Positions 38,089 to 53,000 are shown, numbered from the stretch's first letter. The stretch is DNA of 64,000 nucleotides from Balanoglossus misakiensis (GCA_040954595.2 CM082592.2:2917462-2981461); one strand, 5' to 3'. Program-made: numbers and translations. The notes: generated by a model from the letters alone, not told the origin.

Positions 38089-41000
38089 GTGCCCTGTCTT
38101 TATGAGCATTTACAGTAAAAACACTGACACACGGTGACTATATTCTACCAATTTGAAGAAAAAAAATATTTTTGCAGATTGCATTTTATGATAAAGTATA
38201 TTTCAAATAAAGCAGCATGAACATTGCCATGCAACTGTTAGAATTATAAGGACACATTGATGACAAAAATTGGTAAAGAATCCCTTTGTTTGAATACATT
38301 GAATTTCACACAAAGTAATTTTTATTTTTACAAAACACAAGTATTAAATATTCTGTAAATCAGTTTTAAAAGTTAGTCATTTACAATAATACGAGCTACT
38401 GGTAATATTACCACATGTGAATTTTGTTTGTGTTGAAAATCATGTAGCCACACCTTTTATGTAAGTTGTAGAATATTCTGACATAACAGAAACTGAGAAT
38501 GTATAGTTTGAAATAACACAGCAGGCTTACCAGACACACATCCTTATTGTATGCCAAGAATAAGGGCGTGTACGAAGATTTTGAATCCTAGCAGATTTAA
38601 TCCTCCAATTATTCAGGGATTATACGAATAACATTGACAACTACTGATTATGTATGAGAGCACGGTCCTAAATCTTGAAATAAATTACTTTGAGCCAAAT
38701 ATGTTATAATATAATAAATTGTACCTGTGAACCTTATTAATTGTATGTTTTATCATATTTTTCTTAGGCATATGGATCCTAAGTTAACAAACATACTTTG
38801 AGCCAAACTGTACATGTCAGTGCGTCGTTATTGTTTGGTGAAACGACAAAGAAACGATATGCTGCAGTTTGACATATCTCAATTTGCTGCTTAATCTAGA
38901 TCATGGTTTTCCGTGATGGATAATGTCATATGAAGCGAATTACCACCTCTTCATTATACAAAAAACTCTTATCTCTGATAAATCCATCTGGTACTGTCTG
39001 GGTTTTTTTTGTTCAAAAATCCAGCTATTTCATTTCTGCACTACAAGAAAATTGGAGATAAATACTCTTTTTTGTGTTCAAAATATTGGCAGACCTTCAT
39101 GAGGGACTAGCTGTCGTACTTCATCCTGGTGCGCAGTTACGATTGCGCTTATCTGATATTACTGAACATGTCACATCATTCTATTCTGACTTTAGAAGCA
39201 GACAGCAGCTGAGCTCTCCTTTTCGATCAAACAAACAGGTCTGATAGTGTCACATTTCACTCGTATGCATTAATTCCCAGTAGCATTTTCGTTCACAATT
39301 CAAGCAATCTGGTTTCGTGTTTTTTTGGAATTTGGCCGCTTGCAGCAAGGTTAACAAACACGTCAATGTTAAAGCTCCATTAGCTGTAACTTCTGGCTGT
39401 GTTTTCAGTATTTTTGTTTTGTGTATCTACTGCAGTTTCTTGTTCAAATTCCTGAAAACATGATAAAATGCTCAGCATATACATGACTGTATGTATCATC
39501 AGTATTTTTACTGTGCAGAATTTGAATTCAAATTCAGACTAGAATAAATTCAATTCATTTTTCAACGATAACAATTGTAGTTATACACATACTGGCTATA
39601 ATATCAGACAAGCTGAGTACTGGGTAATTAAATAAGCATGCTGTGTGGAGTGGAGCAAGAAAGAATCTATACAGAACTGCTGTTTGTATGCTTTACCTTT
39701 AATACAGTAATAAGTAATCACTGTAAATGTTTCATAGAAATTTATGAAGCCAAATGATGTAATAAGTCGCTCCAATTCACACAATGGTTCTACTTAATAA
39801 ACATTTAAAATGATTTGACTTGAGTGTTCTGTAGACTCTTCTGTAAAACCAGTCTGAATCCAACCCTGTCTAATCTGGAAACCTAGTTATTAGATCGGTT
39901 TACATATTTTCCAGTCCCTACCATGTTACTATGGATGTCTATCTACTGATTGCAAGATCTCGTTTCACAGTGGGAACGTTAATCCCTCCTTTTCATTGAG
40001 TGTGTTCAGTCTTGTATAACTTGTACTGCCACCCACCCCCAAACCACCCCACCCACCTTTTTTCCTATGTAAGAAAATGTTAATAGGAACCTCTGAAGTC
40101 TGTAGTAAGAGTCTGCTGCGATTTTATAATGACAGTAACCACAGCTCAAATGGGTTTTCACTGCTTGGGGATCAAATCGCATTATAATAATTGCATTTTG
40201 GGTGAAAGGGGTGACTACTCGCTGTAGTACGAATTAGAAGAATTTATATGTTAACTGTATTAAATGACTTCCTTTGGTTATAAATTTGACTTTATTAAAA
40301 GTAAGAATATATATAGAACTCATCCAAATTATTTTGATGTTTTTCTGCTACAAAGTTTTCGAACGAGCCAATGTCAATTCAGCTAATAAACTTCCATTTG
40401 TTACAACAAGGCAAAAATCATGTGAGATTTTCATTACTCACCTAGGCAAAGAGAAATAACTGGACAACTATATGAAGTGACTGTGTTCTAGACTACCAGG
40501 TAATGACTATTGTGTGTGTGTCTGCTGGTCTGTCTGTCCGTCGGTAGCACTCTCTCATTCTCTCTCTTGTGAGTGAAGACATTAACATATCCCAATAAAC
40601 ACATGTTTATTAAGCTGATTACAAGTACAAAATATTTAACTTAGCTGATTACAAACATGATATCACAATCAACAGACATAAAACCCAGCAGGAAGATATC
40701 ACAATTCACAGGACATGTTGCAGCAGAAAACAGACACATATTCTTATCTACAAATTCAGTCTCATTAAGATGGGACACCCATATTTTTTGCCAGTTGCTA
40801 TTTTGGGACATTACACCCAAATTTGGACAAAACTGTCCAGAGGCTGGTAACTAGTTGAAAATATGTATGAACCATGTTTGTGGGCATGCACCAGAGACAA
40901 AATTGATCGGTAGGTCAAAACTCAAAACTTGGATTTCAGCATACATGTACCACCCCTAAAAAACTCACCCATTTTGATATTCTTGGCCTACACTCAAAAC

Positions 41001-41695
41001 AGACTGTACACCAATAGCAACTGACAAAAAGATACCGGTGCCGTAACTTAAATTTGCTTCTATCTTTTGTATTTCGTAATTGTGCCACCGTCCTAAATAA
41101 CAGAAATTATAGGCATATAAAGAATATAAAAAAAGACAAAGCATATAACTGAATAAGATTGATACAGCCTGTGGACAAAACTTTTGAAATCTTCCTACGT
41201 CACAATTAAATCACAGTTATGAGAAGAAACCATTCCTGGATATGACATTGCTGTTTCTTACAAGCCTATTTGGCTTTTTGTATTGAACAGATAGAATTAT
41301 CTCTTCTTATGTTCTATGATGTACCATGACACAAGATAACAAAAAAATTCTTAAAATTATACAAAAAGTACCAGTCAGAAACAAGTAAGAGATTTGCAGT
41401 AAACGGCTCATCTGGAATAATGAAATTGTGCAAAACACAGTTTTCATATTCTGATTTTCTTTATAAACTAGTCACATGATCTCAGCTGGTCATGTGATCC
41501 TAAACTTTACCATATGATATGACAAAAGATACATTAACAAATGCTAATGATAAGAAAAATCATATTAAACAAGTCATTGTCAATGACACAGTCCTTGTTC
41601 CTTAGAAGATTATGAATAAATGGAGGAAATCCTGGTGGAATGAAATCAGTCAAGGCAAGCCTGCAAAATGGCTCATGTCACAATTTTTGGCTTAA

Positions 41696-42199
41696 AGGCA
41701 CGTAAGCTGTAACTTTTGGGATAATTTTCATAATTTTTGTTTCAAACTGCACTACCATTAGTCCATGCAGATGAAGGCATTGAACAATACACAAGCATTA
41801 TAAACCCTAAATATGAGTGCATATGCAAGTTTTAACCAGATAAATAATAAAGCTTTGCCGCAAGCGATTATGGCCGCCACCGTGGGAAAATGCAAGAAAC
41901 AATGAAAATGTCGCATTTCCGGTTGTGAAACTTCATAAACAAAACATGATCTCATCCACTGGAGCTCATGGAAGTAAATGTACACCACTGAGACATCAGA
42001 TTTTCATTTTTCATTGCAATATTGCACTTTTTTAAAAATTGCAGGAATTTTCGTTTTTCTTTAATTTTTGGCCATTTTGTCATAAATAAGTGTTGAGCTT
42101 AATATATTATCATGAAATAGCATTTAATAGACATAATTAAAAGCATATATGAGATTATTTAAAACTTTAAATTTTTATCCAGTTGCAGCTTACGTGCCT
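41696..42199. mobile_element. TTAA-flanked non-autonomous element (Kolobok-like)
   Basis: TTAA|AGGCACGTAAGCTGTAACT ... AGTTGCAGCTTACGTGCCT|TTAA; right end shared with 32236-32653. Confidence 0.85.
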
Positions 42200-43165
42200 T
42201 TAATAGAAAAGGTATCTGGGTAAAAATGTCATGGTTATATATACTTAGGGAACCTGCCCATCTTCATATAAGTGAATAAAATGATAATTTCATAGAACAA
42301 GAACATTTCTGTAACTAAATCATAAACAATAACACACATGGATACTAATTCTAGTTTTGATATATTTGACATATAAATCTATCAAACAACCAAAGGAATA
42401 TTGAGATTTGTTACATGTGAAACATCATCATATTTCACACCTATAGAGTTATCAATGGAAAATTGTGCAATGAATTACATTGTATTCTCAAGAGAAAACA
42501 TTTTAATGGTCTCAATAATAGAAAATATAAAATATGTCAAACATAAATTTATCCCAGATATTTTCACTTTGTGTGATAGTTCATTAAAAATGCCATGGCC
42601 AAATAATGAACTTTAAGGAATATTAATGTTGTTCCAATATAGCTTGTCTCAGTTTTACCACACTGATAATAAACAATTCAGTTTAGCACAGTTTCAGCAT
42701 CAAAGATGAAGCCTTCATGAACAGTATACAAATATTGAATAGCTAATGCAGTCGACATGCAATGAAAGAAGACAGTTATAACAGACAGGTTCAGCTACAC
42801 GTTTCACATGAAAGTGAAATGTCACAAATTTTTGTGATGACATCATCAAATTTTGTGTCAATATTGGCATTCATGTAAATGGCGTTGTGTTTAATTTTTA
42901 CATGCAGATAGGTGATTTCACGTTAGTTGCAAACATGAAATGTTAGCTAATTTGTGGGAAACAAAAAATCACAAATGCCTTGTCTCACAGTGACAAACAC
43001 GAACGCATATTCATTTTGTGGGTCATTTTATGTGAAATTTGGTCATCGATTTGTATGGTCACCCTGAAGGCTTTAATTCCTTTTATCATCAATATGCAGC
43101 GTCGCACCATGCTCACAGGGGAATTAGGTATATGCTGGGTCTATTATACTGTTACATATGAAGAA

Positions 43166-43625
43166 TTATAATATACCTCATGCTAATACTGTGCCGTGAT
43201 TCGCCAGAATCCGTCACGTGATAGGAAAATAGAATCGACTATGAACCGCTAGGGAAATAGCAGAAAAAATATAAACCGGTCACGTGACCAGCGTGAGTGC
43301 GCAGACTCGGTCACGTCAATCAGCCTCGCGTCGTCTGACACAATGGCCACCGCGGAAGATGTTGTCTGCCAGCCTCAAGAGAAAATTGCAAGATTTTCCC
43401 AGCTATTAGCATGAGGTTTATTATAAAACACCTATAGCCTGGCCTATATTCGGGCTATAGCAGCCGTTTTTACCCCCTCGTGACTGTGAGTTACCAGAAT
43501 AATATGCTATTTCACTCGGCCTGCGGCCTCGGGAAATAGCATATGATTCTGGTAACTCACAGCCCCTCGGGTGTAATAAACGGCCGCTATGGCCCTCATG
43601 GCCAGGCAATAGGTGTTCAATATAA
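43166..43625. mobile_element. Non-autonomous element: inverted-repeat-bounded body plus terminal ~200-nt hairpin
   Basis: ataatatacctcatgctaata / tattagcatgaggtttattat, then a palindrome at 43421-43625 centred on actcggcctgcggcctcgg. Confidence 0.75.
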
Positions 43626-44696
43626 AACATTTTTGAACAGTACAAACATAAATTAATATTTTTAATATTATAACACAGAATCACTCTACAATGTAATATT
43701 GTGAAAAAACTAATTATCAGTGTCAGTGCTAAGAATTATAAGAAATACCAGCTGACAAGAACTCTGCGGTAAAGAATGGATGTGCCACACAAACAGATGT
43801 TTGACTTGATGCTTTTCCATGCCATAGTCTAAAAATGCAAACGTAAACATGGGTTCTACGCTGATGTAGCTGAACCTGTCTAATGGTATAATGAGCAGGT
43901 GATACCTTAACAATATTCAAATCACCACTGATTATAACTGATGGTGTCTAAGATTTCAAACAGAGTTCTTCAATGTCAACCATTCATTGGTCATTTGAGG
44001 AGTGTTGTGAGAGTGAGGGAGGTTGTAGCCATGGTGACTGGTTGGAGTGAAGTGTCTGAATGATCAAGTCAGATGGGCCAAGGTGATTCTAATCAGAAAT
44101 TGTGCGTGTGGGGGTGATTATCCATTATCTTCTATACATTCTACAGTTGCAACAATATAAAACATTGTGGGTCTGTATTCTCTACATACTAAACAGACCA
44201 TATAATCATTCACATAAAATTCTCAGTAAAAGCGATCGAAAATCTGGTTTTCCTGCAACATTGTTCGCAGCTGAATACATCAGAATAAAAAAAATCCATG
44301 AAACATTATGAGCTGATAATACACAAAGACCTTATGCCTGCAGGTATAGCATGTGTGCGATGGTCCCAATGGAAAACATCATCTCTTGATGATTGCCAAG
44401 GTTTATCTAGAAGAGATGTACTCCTGGCAAGACATTGGAAAATTGCTGGAAGGCAAATGTGGGTTGGCATGAAAAGAAATCTAACATGTACAATTATACT
44501 AGGGTTGTTATGAAAATAAAGAGAAGTCCACCGTCAGACATTACATCACCAAGCATTCTACATTGGCAATATAGGGGACTGATGATTTCATATGCAATAG
44601 TATTCTCATAAACGTATTCTAATAATATCATTTATCTCTGTCAGTAAATTTCATCCATGCTAGTTAGTTTGATATTCTCTGAATCATGCACAGACA

Positions 44697-44899
44697 TACT
44701 GTAACATGGGAAATTTTCACAAGCGATAAATTTTCGTGAACTTCACAAGAGCAAAAAAACAACAACGTGAAAATGTTTTTCGGAGATATCGATACAGTCA
44801 GTGAAATACGAAAATGCGAAAATTAATTTGTCGCGTAACATTTGCCTCTTTTTATATCGCGAAAAATTTCCTGTTGCGAAAATTTCCCGTTTTACAGTA
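44697..44899. mobile_element. MITE family A copy
   Basis: tactgtaacatgggaaattttc ... aatttcccgttttacagta. Confidence 0.85.
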
Positions 44900-45904
44900 C
44901 AATGTACGAACCAACTGGATAAAATCCAGACATACTAGTATTAAATGGAATGGATAGTCCTAACAAATGAGGATCATTACAGAAGCTTGTAATTCTGAAT
45001 ATGACGGCCATCACTCACATTCCATCTACTTCTGAATACAAATAATAATATTCTTTTATCTCTCACTGTTTATGATCAAGGCAGCTTAATAATCATTACA
45101 AGATACGTCTTGATGAAAAAGGATCTTGGTTGTTCATAATATAGTTTTACCAAGTTTGTAAAAACAAATCTGTGAAGCCAAACATCTGCAATGACATTGT
45201 TGAGCCATCAATATACACACACTTTCAGCCCACGCTGGTAGCTGACAACTGAATTTCAGTCCAGACAGAACTTTTTATGTTATCAATAACATTCCACTTT
45301 ACAGGTATATATAGTGACACGCTAAATACTTGGCATTTAAGGCAAGTAGAACAATAAATTGTATTTGTTCAATGCAAATGCCAAAATAATAAAATTATCG
45401 TTAAAATTTACAGCTATACTGTCTGCTTAACTGGCAAGTTTTGTTTATTTTGGTGAACCAAATAATATCTGAAACATTTCAGGAATGAAATTACTACTGA
45501 AACTAAAATCTAAGCAATACAGTCTGCAATCTGTATTTTATGGTTGAATAGAGTTGTGATTGACACCTGTGTGGCAAGACTCATGTGGAGGCCGAGCTAT
45601 CTACACAGTACCATCCTTTCTGATTATTGAATATATAACAAAGTTTAAGTAGATTATTTGCAAAAATGTAAACATGTCTTGTAAGCTCAACTTACCTAAT
45701 GAGAGTAGCATTTTTGTTTAGTGAAATTCCTGAAACATGTTTTAATGTCTGCAGCTGGACTGAAAAAAATAACTTTTTAGTTCTTATGTGATGTGCTTGA
45801 ATGTGGTCAATACTGTTTTGAAAACTTGTATGGTTAGGATAATAAGACAAATACAAGAAAATTAATATTAATTGTATAAAAATATGAAGACAATGATGCA
45901 TATA

Positions 45905-46115
45905 TACTGTTAAGTCGGAAATTTTCGCGAACAATAAATTTTTGTGAATTACGCAAGAGCCAAAAAAAATGCGTAAATAAAAAGTCGCGTAAAATGTTTT
46001 TCGGAGATAACGATGCAGTGAAATGCGAGAACGCGAAAAATTCATCCTCGCGTAACAGTTGCCTCTTTTGACATCGCGAAAACTTCCTGTCGCGAAAATT
46101 TCCTGTTTTAAAGTT
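45905..46115. mobile_element. MITE family A copy
   Basis: tactgttaagtcggaaattttcgcga ... gaaaatttcctgttttaaag. Confidence 0.8.
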
Positions 46116-47038
46116 TGTATTTGTGATAAGATTTGTGTTTCAATGTCTTTCTGACAATGTGAAAATGAACTGAATAAATACACCTGTACTGACATGTAAA
46201 CAGAAGACTGACTGACCGGAGACCATTTTGGTAAACACACGTCATATATTGTCAGAATCGCTTCACAACACATCACACAACACTGTCACATCATTTTGTT
46301 ATTAGGGAATATCGCCCTTTGCACGAAATATATAAACATCTCATACAGAGAATGTTTCATTGAAGCCAAACCCAATTTTTTTGCAATACTGCATTTTAAC
46401 AAAACGTCAGTAAAAAATTCCATCAGCTCTGATTACTTGGAAAAAATAAATTTACCGCATTTATGAAAAAAAAATATGATAAATGATATTGACATTCTGG
46501 CAAAACTACAGACAGTAGAAACAAACATTGTAGAAAGATGACTTAGAGTTCATTGTTGTTGTCCATGTAATGAGATGTCTTGTATCACTATACAGTCAGG
46601 AAATAATAACACATCATATTTTATAAACTCAATGCTATTTATGACTATTTAGCAAACAATACATGGCCAAAGAAATTAAAAAAAAAATTAAGGTTACACA
46701 AATGAGTAATTATTAAATAATTTCTGGTAATTGCTTTATAAATTCTAAATTTTGTTGTTATAAAAAATGAGTAAAAATAGCTTTGTTTCATTCTAAAAGC
46801 TCTGTTATTACCATTTTTTCAACATAAATACTTTCAATTTCAATTAATAAAACAAAATTGATTCCATTACCTGTAAAATACATTTCTGTTGTGCTCAAAA
46901 GTCTCTCTTGCAGAATACATATCCTTCACCCCCAGTTCCCTCTTTAGAGATCCTACCTTGCCTTAGAAAACACTGGGTTTGGACTGCACCATGGTGGTGA
47001 AACGGGTTTATGGGGTTGAATATCTGGTATTAATGCTG

Positions 47039-50000
47039 TCACTCTGTACTGGATGCTGTTGGTTTTTGCCACCGTTTGGGCGTTTCCCGGGGTCCATTAG
47101 TTTTGAAGGGTCTATTAGGGAAACCTGTCAATCAAACAAAGACATAACCACATGTGTCAATAAAAACAGTGCAATTATTTGACACCAACGCCTACCGTAC
47201 TTCATAAGGCAGCAGTAACCAGAAAGCATTTGCAAGAAAAAGTGAAATTCCAGAGACAAGAGCTATTGAATATAAGAAGATCGACTGCTTTGGAAAATGT
47301 TGCTGTCTAATTTGAAAAATTTATCACACACTGAAATATTCACTATCAGAAACAGAAATTAGTACGTCACATAAACAATATCAAGAAAAGTCAGCTGGTG
47401 GGAGAATTTGGCCTGTGAAAGGGGTCGGCCAGGAGAAGTCATCCAATTATCAATATTTAACAAGAAAAACACATTGCAGACTTTCATTGGCAACTGTTGT
47501 CACATATTAAGAATCTGAATCTAACCAACTGGGTGATATGCTCATAGCAGGATGTACCATCACAGTACATTGTGATCATCAACAACTGTAAGTTAAAAGC
47601 AGCTTGTCAGATCAAAGATTTTTTTTTTATTTAATATTGGGAAAGCCAACGGGATCTAGTTCCATAGTATATACATGTAATAGCTTTGGACAAAACAACA
47701 TTATAACAAAACAGCAATTAGACAGCCATAGCTGACTGTATTAGCACATACTGTTTGCATTATCTCTGCTGTCAGTCAGGTTTACTTACACTGCCTACAT
47801 TTATGGCACTTCATGTATAAATATTGCAGTAGTCATACACAATGACTGAATCCAGTCAGGTTTTTGGTTCAAAACAGAAACAAAACTTACTAATGTCTTG
47901 CATGTGATGCACTCGGGGAGTTGGTGTAAATGTTGGACTGTGATCTCTCTTCACTTGTCCTGAAAGTACAATAACAATTATAATAACAGCTATTAATAAT
48001 TTGTCTCTCATTCATTTGCCAAGAAATGTACATATATTTCATAAAATGTCAAAAATAGTGTCAATCGCACTGTGCTCCAATCTGACCAGAACTGCCATAT
48101 TTATGTGTGCCATTGGTGTTTTCTCTCGACAGCACGACTGTGCAAATTGCACATTTTAGCTGTTTTGTGCCCTTTAAATTTTTTACCCAAAGCACAGGAA
48201 GTGTGCACTAGGGGCAAGCGCTGGCCGTGCGTCTGCAATACAACGATCCGACATGACACAGTGAGTGGGCTTTGCTTTGGCTGTTGTGCATAGTGGTACT
48301 ACTCCCTCTGTCTAAACAATCCATTGCCATATATCGCCATTGTAACGTGTGAAGTCTACAACATACGTAATGTGGAGAGTACCCAAACATGGGAACAGCC
48401 AACAGCCTACTTGTGCTTTGAGACCCTTAGAGACAAGTACAATTCAAATTTAGTTCATGTATGGGAATTTGTTTTATGAACTTCTGCATAGAGACTAGTT
48501 GTATTGAAGGCAGTTGTGAGTTTCCTGACAATGTGTCTTCATCAAACACATGAGCATGAATATTCATTTCATATCTGGTATAAATTATAAAGCATACGTA
48601 TTTAAACTTACTTAAATATTCTTCTAAATCCTGATGAAGATTTTGGGGTATTGACGATCTTCCCATATGGGTTGGTTTAGCACTGGCTGGCGGAGGTGCA
48701 GGTTTTGCACTGGCTGGGGGTAAGTCTGGTTTAGCACTGGCCGGTGGTGGCACTGGTTTAGCACTGGTTTGTGATGGCTTAGCACTTGAACTATCCTCAC
48801 TTTTTTTCTTTCCTGGCATCTAAATCAGCAACAGAATACAATAAATAACAGTTTTCATTGGCAACTTGTATAAATTGTAATCACTGATTTTGGTGAAAAA
48901 CCGTTTGCATATACATGTATTGGTCCCAAATTATGGAAAAATCTGCCTTTCGACCTTCGTCACTTTGAGTCTGCCCTTTCTTTTCATCGTTCACTCAAGA
49001 CTAATTTCTTTAAGGAGCAGTATTGATGTTTGTGCATATACATACATGTACGTACGTACGTACGTACGTACGTATGTATGTACATCAACTATTATGTATA
49101 CCGGTACATACCGGTACATACATACATGTGTATATGTAGTACCAGGGTATCACTTTGCTCAAGGCATGCCCTAGTATGTCTGAACAAGGGAAATATCAGT
49201 CAAAAGTCAGTTCTTAGATACAACAAAATTGATTAGAGCCTCTCATGACACAACATTCACAGCAAATTTTCCTCAGACCAGCTAGACATTTCATGGATAT
49301 GTACATGTATGTGGGTACTGAGGGCATCCAATTTACCAATGACGCTACTGGTATTTTTCAAGCAAACGGGAATCAAAAACCTTACCCTAAACTTAAATCT
49401 TTTTGCCAATTTCAAGGCACTAGCTGCAGCGCTTAAACTTTCAGTAGACTCTGAAGATCCTGACTGTTTCTGGTCAGTGCTTTCCATGCTGTAATCAAAA
49501 CACAAATCATACAATTTTTACGTTTAGTTTTACATCCACCTTACAACACTGAATTTCAATATACTGGTACATCTTCTTAAGCTTTTTCTGCACTTAATTT
49601 TTTCTACAATGTTTTATAGAATGTTTCGGTACAACATAACAGAAACCTGTTATTTTAAAATTCAACAAATCAATCATCATGATAGCAAAAGCCTATTTTG
49701 GTGACTCAGTGCAAGAGGGACGCAACTCCTAGGCTATGTTATAATAAAGAGAGTTACATCTCTCTTGCACTAAGTCATTGATTTAAGCATAGACCCTGGA
49801 GCTGGAGCGAAAGGGACCAACGACTGTGGCTGTTTGTTTGAAGCAGCGTCTGTGGTAATCACCCTTATCTGTCATAAACATGATTAGCATCGCCAGAGAG
49901 AGAGAGAGGCCACCCAGATCGTTTATCATAGTTTCATGCGGTGTGCGAGATGTGTCTACGCAAATTATCACGAAACCTCGTAAAGCACGATATGTGACTT

Positions 50001-53000
50001 TGTGAGACTGTTCACACGTGCCAATAAGCTTTAATACCCAAGCGAGTTTGTTTATCGTCGAACGGCCAAGTGTATGGACATAATGCGAGAAAACAAAGGG
50101 ATATCCAGCAGAATCCCAGCAGAGTTATTACTTTATGCGCAAGAAGTGGTCGATTGATCTTTGCCACAGTCGTTTGTCTTCTTTCTCCAGGGTCTGTTAC
50201 TGTTACTGTTAAGTTAATATGTCATCAGTTCTATTTGCATTTACCTGCCATGACTGTCTAATGATGCAGTTTCCGTGATATCTGAAGAATCATCTTCATC
50301 TGAAACACAAGAGGATATTACAATGTGATATTGATTCCTTTCATCATGTATTTGTCACTATTCAATCCAACTGGATGCCATTTGAATCAATCAGTTAGCT
50401 GCAGAAAATCTTCAAAAATCAACCTATTACAAAAATGTTAATATTACAAAAATGTTAATTTTGTTTATCTGATTGTTTGAATAATACCAACATCTGACTT
50501 ATTAAGTTGTTTTGACTCAAAGTTTTGACGATTGCCTTGAATGATATGAAAGACATACCATAAGGGGGTGCTGTAAGGAAAGGCATTTTTCCATAAACTG
50601 AAATGTGGATGTTGTCCACTATAGTCTTTGTTTTAGGAAATGTGTTTTGTGTTAGAAATACAAACACAGGATTTATGTGTCACTGAATAATACAGAAACC
50701 TTAAATTAAATTAGTTTCTACTTATTTTCAAAACGCAAGAATATTGTACTGTATAAGGGGCACAATCAACATTTCCCATATCAAGCCTGAAATGCCAATA
50801 TTATATTTCTATATTGATATTTCTGTTGATATATGTGCACAACTTTTGCAATAATTTGGATTATGTACTTGGACACCGATTTAATTACATTGTACCACAG
50901 ATTCTGTGGAAAAAGAAAAGCACAGGTTTCAAATCAGAGCAGAAAGACGATGTATACTGACCTACGAATTGATATGAAGCCGGTGTTCTGTCGGGTAGAT
51001 CTGGTGGCATAACATTACAATCTTCTGACAAGCTTCTTGGCAATACAGCTGAAATGAACAAGTCAATACATTTAAGACTATTTTCCCATTTTTGTCCTTT
51101 CATTAATAATCCGGTGAGAGTTATCATTACACCCCAGTAGCTCATGTTTGCATGCAATGTCTACATGAAACACAATTCTCCCTACCTCAAATAGGTGAGT
51201 GATGAAAATCTCATATGGTCGACACAATTTCAAGATGGCCGATTTTTGCCATGTTTAAAAAATGGGAGTTCATAAGCTAAAGTGATGATGGGTCATTCTG
51301 AAACTTTGTAACAGAAAAATATAACAAAATGCGAAAAAATGAGTTGACTATGCTAACTACAAAGACAGACATGTTTGACTAAAGGAAGTCATGAAATACA
51401 TGTACAGTAAACATATCATTTCTTCTATCTCTTACTACAGTGGGTTGTCGACTTTTCGACCGCAATGCAATGTGATTTGACCCCCCTAGCGCAAAGTGAA
51501 AACCGATTTAAGGCAGCCAGAATTAAGCATACAAAGATTTGATTGATATAAGAAGTTTAATGATGAGGTTGGGCACTGAGAGAGTTAACATTTAGGTACC
51601 CTGGAGGCTGGTATATTTAGAGGTTGTTTTGACTCCAACATTTAGTTTTCAAAAAATAATTTACCTCTTTTACCCTTTGCTTACTAATGTCAGATCAAAC
51701 TTAGTACTAATGCTTACCAGCTGGCTTTGCAACTACCCGCTTTGGTCCAACTACGGCATATTCTGAACTTTCATCTTCTATTGTAACATTTTCACCTTTT
51801 GGAGAATCACTCATTGGTAGAACCGGTTCAATATCTTCATATTCATGCCTTCTGGGCTGACGTCTAGGTTTGGGATCAGCTACAACAGCATAAGCCTCGT
51901 CTTGCCGAGTCTCTGCCACTACATCATGTTGTAATCCTCCACTTCTTGCAGCTTTCCCAGGATTTTCTGGTTTCTTAGACATTCCATTGTCAGCCATTTG
52001 TTTTTGTTTCGTTCTGAGTTCAGCGGCAAGGATGTTCTCCAGTTGTGCTTTTGTACCCAACTCATCTTTTGGTGGCTTCTTCACATCTCCCTCCTTCTGT
52101 CTCTCTCTGAAATCTCTCTTCATCTCAACTGCTTCGTATTCGTGCTCATCACCTAAATTACTCGAAGAGTCAAACATTTTGTTGGAGTTGTCCTGCTGGA
52201 ATTTGGTCAGCTGGTCTTGTGAAACAGTCGGTTGTGCTGGTTTTGTAGGAGTTTTTGAGTCCGTTTTCACCTCTTTCTTCAACTGACCTTCTGATGGAGG
52301 TTTCTTCTTCAGCAAAGCCTGTTCTTGAAGTTCTTGCATGAAGGCCATTTTAGCGGACGACACAGTGCCAGGTTTTACTCTTTCGTACGTTTCCCCTTGT
52401 TGACCTCTCTGCTTACTGTTGCCGTCGTAATCATCATCCCCAACCATCTGTGTCTGTTCTAGTGACGCGTGCTTGGATCTTACGACAAGCGTTGGTTTCT
52501 CACTGCTCGTTTTTCTCAACTCTGCCAGACTGGGCGATCGTGGTGCGGGTACGGGTTTGGCCTCGCTTTGAGTATCCCAGGCGGGCTCCTCTTCACTGTA
52601 TTGTACATTCAGATAGCTGTGTGTATTCTTGTTTTGTCTCTTTCGATCAACTGGCGATGGTGTACCTATTAGATTCAAAACAGTGGGTCAAGATGTTACT
52701 TTGGTTTGAAGCAGTAAAAATAGACAGACAGAGTTCGATCTGCAATTTCCCCATAATATCTCGGCAGGGATTTTTTTTTCAATCTGATCTGTTTCCAATT
52801 TCATATACTACTCACCACGCAATAACAAAAGTCAAGTTAATGCAACACAACAAAATTTGGATGCTCAGTTTACTGGAAATTATGGTCTGTACCCAATACA
52901 AAATACATACACCGAAAGTCCCAATCAGACAACACCAACACAACCAAGATGAAGACACATTACAGATTATTTTACCTGTTTTTTCTGGAAGCTGTATAGG

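Noticed and set aside
45692-46276. 194-aa ORF
   Set aside because: Reads through a MITE family A copy; no protein-like features.
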